Assembly: GCF_018350175.1 (NCBI RefSeq)
Contig: NC_058368.1
Span: forward strand, 65,908,001-65,972,000
Direction: 5' to 3'
Length of the DNA stretch: 64,000 nucleotides
From: Felis catus
Lineage: Eukaryota
In this document: one piece after another, positions 1 to 11,746 of the stretch
How the letters are laid out: each line of letters starts with the position of its first letter
Position numbering within the stretch: position 1 is the stretch's first letter
The notes under the pieces: generated by a model
What the model was told of the DNA's origin: nothing
The model's input: the letters and a program-made list of their open reading frames with translations, nothing else
Databases searched by the model: none
Made by a program: the position numbers and the translations under genes

Positions 1-114
1 TTTTACCTTTAGTTCGGTCAAGGTGATGTGATAAATGTTGTAAAAACAAAGTCCAAAAGTCACAGACAGGCTGAGGACAACCAAATGGTAAAACGAATTC
101 ATTGTAGACTAATT

Positions 115-1100
115 CGTTTTATTCACGTTTTAATTCAGCGCAGTCACGCCCATTCATTTATGCACTACCTGTGGCTGTGTTTTCTTTTTTTTCTTTTTTT
201 GTTTTTAATTAAATTGAAGTGTAGTTGATACACAATGTTACATTAGTTTCAGGTATACAACACACCGATTTGACAAGTCTATACATGATGCTATGCTCAT
301 TATAAGCATAGTTGTCATCGATCATCACGCAATGCTATTACAATACCATTGACTATATTCCCTGTGCTGTACCTTTCACAACTGAGACTTATTCATTCCA
401 TAAGTGGAAGCCTCTACCTCCCTTTCCCTTTCATTCATTTGGCCTCCCCACCCCTCCCCTCTGGCAACCATCAGTTAGTTCTACATAATTATGGGTCTGT
501 TTCTGCTATTTGTTTGTCTTATCTTTTTAGATTCCACGTGTAAGTGAATAATATGGCTTTTGTCTTTGATTAATTTCACTTAGCATAATACCCTCTAGCT
601 CCATCCAGGTTGCTGGAAATGGCAACAACTCATCCTTTTATATGACTAAGTAATAGTCCATTGTGTATGTATAACCACGTCTTCTTTATCCATTCATCTT
701 TTGATGGATACTGGGTTGCTCTCATAGCTTGGCTACTATAAATATGCTTCGGTAAATGTAAGAGTGCATATATCTTTTCAAATTAGTGTTTTCATCTTTG
801 GGTAAATAGCCAGTATTGGAATTGCTGGATCATATGGTATTTCTATTTTTAATTTTTTTGTGGAACCTCCCTATTGTTTTCCACAGTGGCTGCACCAATT
901 CACACCCCCACTCACAGTGCACAAGTGTTTGTTTTTCTCTCCATCCTTGCCAACACTTGTTATTTCTTGTCTTTTTTATTCCATATGGCTGCCTTTTCAC
1001 TACAACCAGAGTTGGGTAGTTGTGACAGAGGCCATACAGCCCACAAAGCTGAAAATATTTATTGCCTGACCCTTCACAGTTAAAGCTTGCCAATCTCTGT
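115..1100 (+). mobile_element. MER58A-like hAT MITE split by an L1 insertion (left part ~115-183, right part ~984-1100)
   Basis: Left part 'cagtcacgcccattcatttatgcactacctgtggctg' and right part 'atggctgccttttcactacaaccagagttgggtagttgtgacagaggccatacagcccacaaagctgaaaatatttattgcctgacccttcacag...gcttgccaatctctg' are consecutive segments of the recalled MER58A consensus. Confidence 0.8.
184..983 (-). mobile_element. 5'-truncated LINE-1 (ORF2 C-terminus, 3' UTR and poly-A tail)
   Basis: T-rich tail at ~184-205. The minus-strand translation KKTRNNKCWQGWREKQTLVHCEWGCELVQPLWKTI resembles the Cys-rich C-terminus of L1 ORF2p. Typical L1 3' UTR sequence follows. Confidence 0.92.
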
Positions 1101-2314
1101 TGCAGATTATTCAGAAGTAGAAACTGAAATGATCATCATTTCTATTAGTAACTCATTAAACCCAAAGGAACAGATTTCTAATGCAACATACAGTTCACCA
1201 AAGCCTTACCTTTTTCAGAGTTTTTGATATTTTCAAAGCATATTTGTCACACATTACTCGTTAATGGAAACAATAAGCTGATTAGGCTGGGTTTCCGGTA
1301 GATAATAATCCGGTTGGTAGAGCTAGAGTAGTGCTTTTCTCTGGACAGTCATATTTATGACTGATCCACTGTGACATCATAAACGTCTCTTTTGTAGTTT
1401 ACCCTGCTGTAAATAGCACTCTCCCTGGTATTTATGAACCACTGTGGCATCCTGATGCTGGGGTACAGTTTACAAGATCCACGGGTCTAGCCTCCACTGT
1501 CGTTCTCAGATTTCCAGAGTCCTTTATTAAATGGGGGTCCACTATATGTGCTGTGAATTTGTGTTGCAAGATGTAGGGGTGGCCCCCTGTGTTTACTCAG
1601 GAATGTGTTGGGAAGTAACCTTTGCTCTAGAAAAAAATAAAAGAGGATGTCATTATGAGTCAAAACCCTTAAAATATGACTGTCCTGTTTCTCAAATGCC
1701 TTTCCATCTTACCTTTGCAGGGAGCATTCTTAAAATACATTGCTTCTTTAACGAGGGGCCAGTCAACTTTATAAGCAAAATTCTCCCAGTTTTTTTTTTC
1801 CTTCCCTACTTTGGATGTACTATCATCCTACCTGGTTTCAAATTAGCTGTAGCAGCAGATACTTAGGCATTATAAAGAAAAATGTCTATCTTGTAATAAC
1901 TGAATTAATATGTGAATGCGTTCCTGAATATGATTATGTACTGTGTAAATATGAGATGAGAACTGCCTTTCTAGTGCTTTCCCCTTGTGAATGCTCTGCT
2001 CCAGCGCCCGCCTCCTCTGGCCAGTGCTCTCAGGTGGACCTAAGGCTGCTCTTTCTACTGCTGCGCTAAAGGCCTGTTCTGCACAATTAACACTGCAGCT
2101 GATGCTGCCTGTATGTGACACGTCACTGAAAGCTGCCTTCTGTCGGTGTAAAATGCTGATAGCGTACAATGTTGCCTACTACCTTCAGTGCTTCAATTCC
2201 AGCTAGGCCGTAGCGCCCTGTCCCTCAACTATGTAGAGTGTGTCTCCTGGAAAGAGGTTTAGCCATATACTTACTCGTTTAGACTCTAGAGGCTCTAACA
2301 GGGCAGGAATAACA

Positions 2315-2545
2315 TCTAATATTTCTTGAGTGCCTCTTCGGTGCCAGGCATTTGTCAGCTCCTTTTATCTTCACGATGACCTTATAAGATAGTTACTATT
2401 ATGATATATCATTCCTGTTTTAGAGACAGTAAAGCCAAAGCACAGTGAGGCTAAGTTAGTTGCTCGAGGTTGCTAAGCAAACGAGAGATGGAGTTAGAAT
2501 TTGACCTCTACAGTCCGGCCTGAACACAGGACTCTAACCACTGTA
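2315..2545 (-). mobile_element. MIR SINE relic
   Basis: 'gtgccaggca...cattcctgttttagagacagtaaagccaaagcacagtgaggctaagttagttgctcgaggt...gagttagaatttgacc...actctaaccactgtacc' is the antisense MIR core. Confidence 0.75.
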
Positions 2546-3914
2546 CCACCCTGCAGGTGCCCGGAGGCTAAGTCCTGTGCTGGGTGGGTGGCAACCGACA
2601 GAGAGAGTCGATTCTTTCGGTGTAAGAACTGGTGACTTAAGTTGCCCACATTCTATGTAAAGAACAAAATATATAATTTTTTATATATTTCAAAACATAA
2701 CTGGAGATAGGTTTATTTTTTACCTTAAATATGCCAGAAGGGCTTAGGGCATTAAGTGTGCTAACGAATGGGTACTGCCTCACAATCGGATTGTGGCAGA
2801 TAACACCAGGCAAAAATAAAATCAGTTGGGGAGACATTTTAGAGGATATGGTTTGTAAAAGTTCCTTCATGGCCCTTAGAAACGGCAGTAAATGTACTGT
2901 CCCCAAATCCTCCTCCTCCCCACTTGGAAGATAAAACGCCTATTATAATCATGGGTCACTTCAAGTTCAATGGAACTTACTGTCTGGGGAAAAAATGGCC
3001 AAATAAAAAGCGAATTTTCTATCTATTGCGATGATAAATGTCTGACCTACTTCAAGATCCTTTTGCTGAGGTTCAGCTCATTTCCATGCAGTCAGGTCCG
3101 ACATGCCAATAATGATGGAGAGCATGAAACACCAAAGGATTCTGCGGATTATCACTTCTGCTCTCCGGACAGACAGCACTTCATTTAAGCAGCTTTCCAG
3201 ATATCTCCATTGTGGATCTGATGGAAGGATTTAGCTTAAAGCCAGAGGTTGTAACCTTTCGTCTGCAAGAGGGAGCCTTTGACCAGAGGATGTACCACCG
3301 GAAGTGCCCCCCTGCAGCCTCTCGATTATGCAGCCAGCTGTGCGGACCAACACTGATGTCTACGTTTTTGTCTTCTCCCATCGAGGCACACGATAATAAA
3401 GATATTTCCTCATTTCTCGTGCACTGCAATTTTCTTCTCTGCTAACCCAACATGTTTTGATTGCCTATGGGAGAGAAGAGTAATTCAAAGGAGGAATTAC
3501 ATTAATTTCAGAAACCGATGGTAAAGAAAGAGCTGATAGATAATTTGAGAGAATTGGCCCATGCAGTGCGCACTGCTATCCTCAAACCTTCAACTCGTGG
3601 TGACTGGATTGGGATATTATTATGGGTCAGTGAGGATAGAGGGGATCCTCTGAGCTTAAGCAACTTGAAATAAGCCAGAACTCATAGATCAAAATTGGAC
3701 AAGCTCCATGAAGAAATAGAGGATGTAAGTCAATGCTGAAGGGCACTTGATGAGCAGAGGCTGAGAATTCTTGGATCCAGAATCAAAGGCCCAATGCGTT
3801 CAAGACCAAAGTGGGGGGCTCTGCAAACTTTGAAAAGCAGATCAATGATGGGATAATTCGCCATAGCATTTTTCTGAAGAGTGGACTCCTGTATGCCATC
3901 TTAAAACTTATGCT

Positions 3915-4220
3915 ATTTTCAGCCCCAAGTAAGAAATAACCCAACTGCGCATCAGTAGGAGAATGGGTAAATAATTATGGTGTTGCCATGCAAAAGACTA
4001 CTATTCAGTGGGAACGGGAACAAAATACTGATAATGTGGATTGATGTCGATGAATCTCAAAGATATGCTGAGCCAAAGAGTCTAGACACAAACGAGTGCC
4101 TACTGTCTGATTCTCTCTTTACTTAAAATTTTGAGAAAAACAAACAAATAAACAAACAAAAACAGCTTACCTAGACTTGCAGAAAGCAGAACAGTGCTTA
4201 CCCAGGGCTGATGTTGGAGG
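3915..4220 (+). mobile_element. Old L1 (L1ME/L1MC-like) 3' fragment
   Basis: 'agccccaagtaagaaataacccaactgcgcatcagtaggagaatgggtaaataattatggtg...atgaatctcaaagatatgctgagccaaagagtctagacacaaacgagtgcctactgtctgattc'. Confidence 0.75.
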
Positions 4221-4494
4221 CCAAATAAATAAATAAATAAATAATAATAAATAAATAAGTAACTGATACATGTACCTGAGTAAAGTTGCTTTTTTTAATA
4301 AGTGAAATTTCATTCCATAGAACTTTCCAGAACATCCCCAATTCATAAGTCAAGGTTGTTTATGTTATGGTAAAATGTCTTTGAGCAGCAATGTTATGGT
4401 TTACATTTCTGTTACAGAAAACCCATTGTAGAAAACTTTGTGTACTTTATGTGCTGCTTGATAAACCCTGTTTGTTCTTTTGAGGTCTCTCTAA

Positions 4495-4750
4495 CAGTGA
4501 GGTAGCATATGACACCCTTTAAGTGGAGAAGTCTGCAGCCCGGCTTTATCATTTGAAGATTTGACTTCACCATTCATTAGCTGTGGAATGCTGGGAAAGT
4601 TCCTTAACATCTCTAAGCCTCAATTCCCTTATCCCTGAAACGGGGTTAAAAATAAAGCCGTCTTCATAATTCATTAAGCATGTTCAATAAGATAGTGATT
4701 ATAAAGTACTCAGCATCGTGTGTGGACTGTAACAGGATCTCAGTAAAGGG
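4495..4750 (+). mobile_element. MIR SINE relic
   Basis: 'cattagctgtggaatgctgggaaagttccttaacatctctaagcctcaattcccttatccctgaaacgggg...ataaagtactcagcatcgtg'. Confidence 0.75.
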
Positions 4751-6326
4751 AGCTCTTCCATTTGTGTAACCTCTTCTTCAACACTGTCCCCATCATGCAC
4801 CCCTCCGAGTGAATCCACACCTTATCTATTCCAGCCCTGATGGATCATATCATGTGATGTGATCTGGTAAGGTCACCCTGTTACCCTTCCTGCTCTCCTG
4901 GAGGCTCCTTGAGATGATTACAACTGTGTCTTACCCATCCCTTTATTCCCAGCACCCCGCATCACAGCCTGTACCTGTCACACTCTCAGTATGGGAGCTA
5001 CTTCCTTCAGGCTTAAATAATCAGCTGTCCTTTGCGTCTTCACACGTGTCCTCAGAACGAATGGGATGCGAGCCGTGTTTGATCAAGCCCTAAAACCTGG
5101 GCAATCTGCAGAAGTAGATGTGGGAAACAAGAATTACTCAGAGATGAAGCGGCATAGCTGTGAGCTCCCCCCTTACATTTGGAACGTGGAAAGCAGAGTG
5201 AAGTCCCTGGTGTTACTCCAGAGAATGCTCGGGCAAAGCTCCCGTGGATTTTCTGAAGAGCGGAAGCAAAGGAAGGGCATGTTCAAATTTGAGGGAGGCT
5301 TCGAGGAAAGTTTGGGAAATAATGTTTTTGGATTAGACCCCAATGCTTCTTCCTTGTAGCACCCCTGGATCACACTCACAAACACTGACTTGATTTGCCA
5401 GCTTTTGCTCTCTGCTGAACCTCACTGTGTCCTTTGCTTTGTCAGTTGGGTTTTCTGAGCACTTACATACTTAACGTTCAGACCTTAAGTGCCAATAGCC
5501 TGTATTATAAATTTTAAGATGTATGCCTGCCTGGCTGTATCTCCTTGTGCCCTTTCCCATTAAGTAAATAATAATTACATTAATAATCCTAATAAATAAT
5601 GAAAAATATAAAACAAAACAATTAAGAGTCATTTGGCTTACTTAGATCATTGCTTGACTTAAATGTGCATCTTCATGCAGAAATTCATGGTGGCCTACTC
5701 TTTTTTTCATCGGTGACATCTTAACTGAGATTGGATATTTGTGGAGTTGAGGAAGGAGTTCACTTGGGCCACAGGATCTTTGTTAAGGTTTCCCTCTCTC
5801 TGTCCTGTCACTAAACTGAAAAGTAAATCCTCAGCCACTAGGATACAGCCCAGAGGTATTTATCTCACCAGTACGTTGCTTCAGGAGATTTACATACACT
5901 CATTACTGCTGGAGAGGCCAGCAGACAAACCAAACTGAACAGAAACCAAGATAAAGCAAATGTGCTGATGTAGGGTTTTAACCTGACTGGACCCTTTTCA
6001 GAATAGTTCTTTGTGATAGCTGGCCAACAAGAGAAACTCTAAATGCAGACATTTCTCTCAGTTCTCTCGTTCACAGCCCATAGATACTGGTGGTTGCAGG
6101 CAGGAGGAGGGGAAGTCGGGAAATGTTTTTATTCCTCATGAGGTGCCCAACTGAGGCAAGTAGCCTTCCCACCGCATTTAACGAGTTAATTTTTAGTCAG
6201 TGTGCAAAACCTTAGGAAATTCAACCTTTTCTGAACGCACACGTGTAACTGAGGGATGCAGCCATACACGCTGAAAGTGATTAGCCCATTAATACCACAA
6301 ACTGTCAGCTTCCAGCCCCTTTCTTA

Positions 6327-6525
6327 ATGTTTCTTTATTTTTGAGAGAGACGGACAGAGCGCAAGCGGGGGAGGGGCAGAGAGAGAGGGAGGCACAGAAT
6401 CCAAAGCAGCTCCAGGCTCTGAGCTGTCAGCACAGAGCCGGTGTGGGGCTCGAACTCACGAACTGTGAGATCATGACCTGAGCCAAAGCTGGATGTTTAA
6501 CCAGCTGAGCCCCCCAGGAGCCCCC
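6327..6525 (-). mobile_element. Can-SINE (felid type)
   Basis: Body 'cagctccaggctctgagctgtcagcacagagcc...gagatcatgacctgagcc'; perfect 15-bp TSD CCAGCCCCTTTCTTA at 6312-6326 and 6526-6540. Confidence 0.95.
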
Positions 6526-7458
6526 CCAGCCCCTTTCTTATACAGCCTGGGGGAGGCAGGGTTGCTCACATTACTACACTCAGCAAGCTGATGGACTTAA
6601 CTCTTCAATATAACTCCAAAAGGGAGACAGGGTCAAATCAGCACAGAACATAAACATCCTTTGAGAAAATGACTTTCCTCAAGCTGAGGTGAGGCACAGA
6701 GTCACGGCCCATGTCTGCAACCCTGCTGGTCCGTCCAGTTCTCAGCAGGGCAAACACCAGTCTGACAGGGTCCATCTGCCACCCCAGGAGCTGTCCCTGA
6801 TAGGAAGGAGAGGTGTGAAAAACAAAGGTCCCTGCTCACAGAGTAATATGAGGAGCCAGTCACGTGATGTAGAACAAAGACCCAAAGGTTTCTTTCCTTT
6901 GAGCATCTGTCAACTGTTCTTCAGAAATACAAATGATTCTTAAAAGAGTTGGCATCCCCGTGATTTCACACCCCCTTAACCACACATTCATAGAAAGATC
7001 CAGCATCTAAGTATTTCATGCAGAGGCCAGGTTGTAAGGGTGAATCAGTAATCCCCCAGGCAAACGCCTTCACTGAGGGGCATCCATTGTACCCAGTGTT
7101 ACACTGTCTCTAATCACATTTTTCTTTCTATTCAGCGATATGGTTTTGCAGCTTTTCAGTACAATTAAGGAACACAGGAGATAGATGAATAAGCAAAGTG
7201 TGCTTAGCATCCTCTACAGCTTGTTTAGAAAGATTGTTTTTACAATCGAGTAGTAACAGTAGAAGGAACACAGTACCCCCGAGCTACATTTCATCTCAGC
7301 TTAGTCTTACCTTTGTGACATTGGGCCAGTCACTGATGTGCTGTTTCACAAGATCAAAAAGCTCGTGTTTGGAGAGCCAGGACCTCGGTCCACACTTGTC
7401 TCCCAAGTAAAACATCCTGACCTCCTCATGTGCTAGGCAGCCACTCTTCATTTTCTCC

Positions 7459-7655
7459 CCTTCCTTCCTTCCTTCCTTCCTTCCTTCCTTCCTTCCTTCC
7501 TTCCCTCCCCCACTCCCTCCCTCCCTCCCTCCTTCCCTCCTTCCTTCCTTCCTTCCTTCCTTCCTTCCTTCCTTCCTTCCCTCCCCCACTCCCCCACTCC
7601 TTCCTTCCTTCCTTCCTTCCTTCCTTCCTTCCTTCCTTCCTTCCTTCCTTCCTTC
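7459..7655. repeat. Compound (TTCC)n/(TCCC)n polypyrimidine microsatellite, flanked by MIR-like sequence (~7290-7360 and ~7690-7790)
   Basis: Directly visible. It explains the low-complexity ORFs 7296-7589, 7430-7699 and 7448-7660. Confidence 0.97.
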
Positions 7656-8027
7656 TTCACACAGCTCCCATTTTCCTGACTCTAACCCCAGGATGGTAAG
7701 ACTTTCTTTGTAGGTTTTTGTAAAGATTAAATGAGATTTCGTGTCCTAAAAACTTAGGGCACAGCTTGGTTCCTAACATGTGTAGTAAATGAAGGCTCTC
7801 ATCCTCCTCCTTGTCGTGGTTATTTTTACTAGGACATCTGCCCCAGCTACAACGACTTAGGACCACAACAAGTTTTCCAACAGCAATTGCCTTGGGCCCT
7901 ACTGACACTAATATATTTCCCATGTAAATATGCCAGAGGACACACATATGGCTAGTTTCTATTATAAAGTATTATAATTGTTATTCTAGATGTATATTCC
8001 TGAATAACAAACAGCCTCTAAATGTAC

Positions 8028-8205
8028 TGTTATGGGTTGAATTATGTCCTCCCCCCACCCCCGCCGGACTTCATATGCTGAAGTCCTAACTCCCTGTGCC
8101 TCAAAAGGGCACTGTATGTGAAGATGTCAACTTTAAGGAAGTATTTAAGTTAAAATGGGTGGGCCCCAACCCAGTATAACTGGGGTCCTTGTAAGAAAAG
8201 AAGGT

Positions 8206-8287
<82 letters not shown>

Positions 8288-8744
8288 GGAAGACCATGTA
8301 AACACACAAGGAGAAGACAGTGATCTATGAGCCAAGGAGAGAGGTCTCAGAGTGCATTCAAACCTACTGACACCTTGATCTTGGACTTCCAGCCTCCTGA
8401 ACTGGAAGGAAATACATTTCTGTTGTGCAGCCACCCAGGATGTGGTATTTTGTTATGGTAGCCCATGACAACATTAGTCTTAATAATTAGCAAGCTAGGG
8501 GTGCCTGGGTGGCTCAGTCGGTTGAACGACCGACTTCGGCTCAAGTCATGATCTCACTCACAGCTTGTGAGTTTGAGCCCCGCGTCGGGCTCTGTGCTGA
8601 CAGCTCGGAGCCTGGAGCCTGCTTCCGATTCTGTGTCTCCCCCCCTCTCTCTCTCTGCCCCTAACCCACTTGCATTCTGTCTCTGACTCTCAAAATTAAA
8701 TACACATTAAAAAATATTTTTTAAATAATGAGCAAGCTAAGACA
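8028..8744 (+). mobile_element. MaLR solo LTR (MLT1B-like) containing a (CT)n(CA)n microsatellite and a SINE
   Basis: Starts TGTTATGGGTTGAATT and ends ...CTAAGACA; contains 'gacaccttgatcttggacttccagcctcctgaactg'; 5-bp TSD TGTAC (8023-8027) / CGTAC (8745-8749). Confidence 0.88.
8498..8723 (+). mobile_element. Can-SINE (felid type)
   Basis: Head GGGGTGCCTGGGTGGCTCAGTCGGTT; TSD AATAAT(T/G)AGCAAGCTA at 8482-8497 and 8724-8739. Confidence 0.96.
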
Positions 8745-9060
8745 CGTACTAACTTAAACCAAACAACAGTATCTGTTTTGCTCCTACATCTGCAGTGTGA
8801 GCAGGGCTCACAGCAAAGCTGTGCTGTACCTCAGTCAGTGCCGTTCTGCTGGGGCAGCTGAAAGGGATTTTGCTGGAATTATCTGTGGCTCACTCACTCA
8901 CATATCTAGTGGTCAGTGCTGGCAGCTGGCTGGGACTTTGATTGCATCTGGTAGCCTAAGAGTTGCATGTGGCCTGGGTTTCTTTAGAACATGATACCCA
9001 GGGCCAGGGTGAGGGTTCCAAGAGAGAGGCAGGCAGAGACTCTCATATTTTCTCTCCCTC

Positions 9061-9300
9061 TTTTTTTTTAAATTTTTAATGTCTATTTATTTTTGAGAGG
9101 GAGGGAGAGAGAGAGAGAGAGAAAGAGCGAGCGAGCAAGGGTGGAGGGGCACAGAGAGAGGGAGACACAGTATCCAATGCAGGCTCCAGGCTCTGAGCTG
9201 TCAGCACCGAGCCCTATGCGGGTGGTCGAACTCACGAACACAAGATCATGACCTGAGCCAACGTTGTATGCTTAACTGACTGAGCCACCCAGACACCCCC
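9061..9300 (-). mobile_element. Can-SINE
   Basis: Poly-T, (GA)n, body, and antisense head 'ctgagccacccagacacccc'; approximate TSD TCA(T/C)ATTTTCT on both sides. Confidence 0.95.
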
Positions 9301-9819
9301 ATCACATTTTCTAACTTAGCCTTGGAAGGTATGTAGTATCACTTCTACTACATCTCATTCATCAGAAGCAAGTCACAGTAGCCAGCCCAATTCAAGGGGA
9401 GAGGCATTAGTCTCCACTTTGTCATGGGGTCCTGTCATAGATTTTGCAGCTATATTTTAAAATCCCTGGAGCTATGCAGTCAAATCATCTTAACTATAGA
9501 TATGTTAATTTCATCTCAATTAAGTATTGGCATTGTTATATGTGTACAAAATATAAACAATTAAAGTTAGACTATCATGGGTGCTCTTTCTGGAGTTGAT
9601 GTCGTGACTTCTACTGAATTATTTTCATATCTCTGAATTTGTATTTCTGCTATCCATTTCTCTCCAAGCAAAAGCAAGACAATTTCAGTTCTTTCTCATT
9701 ACTCAGAGGTTGGGTTTTGTCTGGCGTCACTAATCATTTTGGCAGCTGTCCACAATGTCTGACATGGGGAGGAGACAGGATGGAGTTGGACACTCAAGAC
9801 GTAACAGACAGCACAGGTG

Positions 9820-10010
9820 CTGGCATCAGACAGTCTCGAAATCTGCATTCTTTCTAAATCCTGACTTTGTCACTTACTAAGACATCTGACCTTTGGCAAG
9901 TTGCTCAAATACCCGGAGTTCCAGAGTTTTCAACTGTAGAGTGGGGTTACTGTCACTGTTCGGAGAGAGAGTCAGGAGGATAAAATAAGATATTGTTTGT
10001 AAAGTCCCTA
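9820..10010 (+). mobile_element. MIR SINE relic
   Basis: 'taaatcctgactttgtcacttactaagacatctgacctttggcaagttgctcaaatacccggagttccagagttttcaactgtagagtgggg'. Confidence 0.65.
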
Positions 10011-11065
10011 GCTTTGAGCCCAGCATGTTAATCATGTTCCCCTTTGCTCTTTAAGGTGATAAACACAGATCAAAATAATCACAGTAGTAGGTTATTAAAC
10101 TATAATGACTTCATGGAGGGCGATAATCAGTTATGCTGCAAATAACCCGTTTGATCTTCACTGCATCGTCCTTTCCTCCGTCTTTGTATGGCACCAGACT
10201 AAACATTGCACCGGGGTTTCAGCGTAACACTTCACTATTAAGTAAATTTTGATCTCAGACACATTTTGCCCCGTTTCCACGTTTCTCATATATCAGGACA
10301 GCTTGGAAGGCAGGTGTTACAACACATCCTCAGTGAGTTCCACGTCGTAATCCAAGTGTAACTTACAAGTTTGTAACACGTCTCCCACGTGGAAGCCACT
10401 GATTTCACTTATACTCGTGATTATTGTAAGCCACTCTTACTGGTACAAGGGACCGAGATACCTTTTGGCTTTCTACATGGGGATCTTTTTGACTGAGGAA
10501 AAGCAGAAAAACAAAAATATGGTGATGGAGATTCAAATGTTAGATTTTTTTTTTACTTGTGTACTTGAAATTGTATCCTAAGCATATTAATGAAGATGAT
10601 TTTTGCATTTCATTTTCACTGCATTTATTTTTTTGATTAATGTAGTTCCTATTTTTCAGATAAGAAGCAAGAAAAGAAATAAATAAAACAGATTTTCAGA
10701 CTGATTGCTAATTTATATGGATTCATATATTCAAATTTATGATCTTTGAATCAAATACAAGTGCTCAGTGTTATTTTTCAAATCTCTGACATTATTTACA
10801 TAAAAGCCTTTTTTGAAATATCAAAAGAGATTATTAGTCATTGAGGAAATTTCAATAGTACCCTGATGTTTCCTGAAGATGTTTTGAAGGTATGTGAGAA
10901 CAAAATGCCATTTGGAAGTTAAAACTTGCCAGTGAAAACCACTCAGGAGCAGGAATACTCAAATGGATTTTTCTTAGCTTTTTAGTAGGTTTCAAACAAC
11001 AGTTAATCAAAAGATATTTTTTATTGTAAAAAAATTGTTAAAAAAAAGAAGTTCTTATAAAGCAA

Positions 11066-11696
11066 TGTATTAGTTTCCCATGGCAGCTGTAACAAAATTA
11101 CTGCAAATATTGTAGTTTGAAGCAAGCCAGCTCTACTGTCTTACAATGCTGGAGGTCAGGATTCTGAAGTAGCCCTTGCTGGGTTACAGTCAAGGTGTGA
11201 GTAGTGCTGCATTCCATCTGGGGGCTCCAGGGACGGTCTGTTACCTTGTGCCTTGTCCAGCTCCTGGAGGACGCCAGCATCCGTTGGCTGACGATGCCTT
11301 CCCCCATGCTCAGAGCTAGGAACATCATGTATTCAAATCTCTGAGTCTTATTTGCTACCTCCCTCTTCCATTATGTAAGGATCCTTGTGATGACACTGGG
11401 TTCACTCAGATAATCCATCTCAGAATAATCTTCCCATCTCAGAATTCTTAATTTGTTTGCATCTGCAAAATCGCTTTTGCTGTGTAAAGTAATGTACTGA
11501 TAAGTTCCAAAAATATGGGGCCCTTGGGGCACCTGGGTGGCTCAGTCGGTTAAGTGTTGGACTCTTGATCAGAGAAGCATCAGTTCAGTTCATGATCTCA
11601 CAGTCATGAGATTGAGCCTCGAATCAGGCTCCATGTTGAGTGTGGAGCCTGCTTAAGATTCTCTCTTTCCCATTTTCTCTGCCCCTCCCTCACTCG

Positions 11697-11746
<50 letters not shown>

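Larger units (their letters stand above)
7990..9460 (-). mobile_element. Old MaLR LTR (MLT1J/K-like) interrupted by a younger LTR and a SINE
   Basis: 'tattcctgaataacaaacagcctctaaa' (7995-8022) resumes as 'taacttaaaccaaacaacagtatctgttttgctc' (8750 onward); later 'agaagcaagtcacagtagccagcccaattcaaggggagaggcattagtctccac'. Confidence 0.65.

Noticed and set aside
830..1093. ORF with L1 ORF2p-like Cys motif as a gene
   Set aside because: It is a chimeric frame across the MER58A/L1 junction of a truncated, decayed element.
1200..1775. Minus-strand donor-like sites (AAG|GTAAGG near 1205, AAG|GTAAGA near 1710) with short open frames
   Set aside because: No convincing upstream acceptor or recognisable peptide; isolated donors are common by chance.
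7296..7699. EGRK/PSFL-repeat ORFs
   Set aside because: Translations of the (TTCC)n microsatellite.
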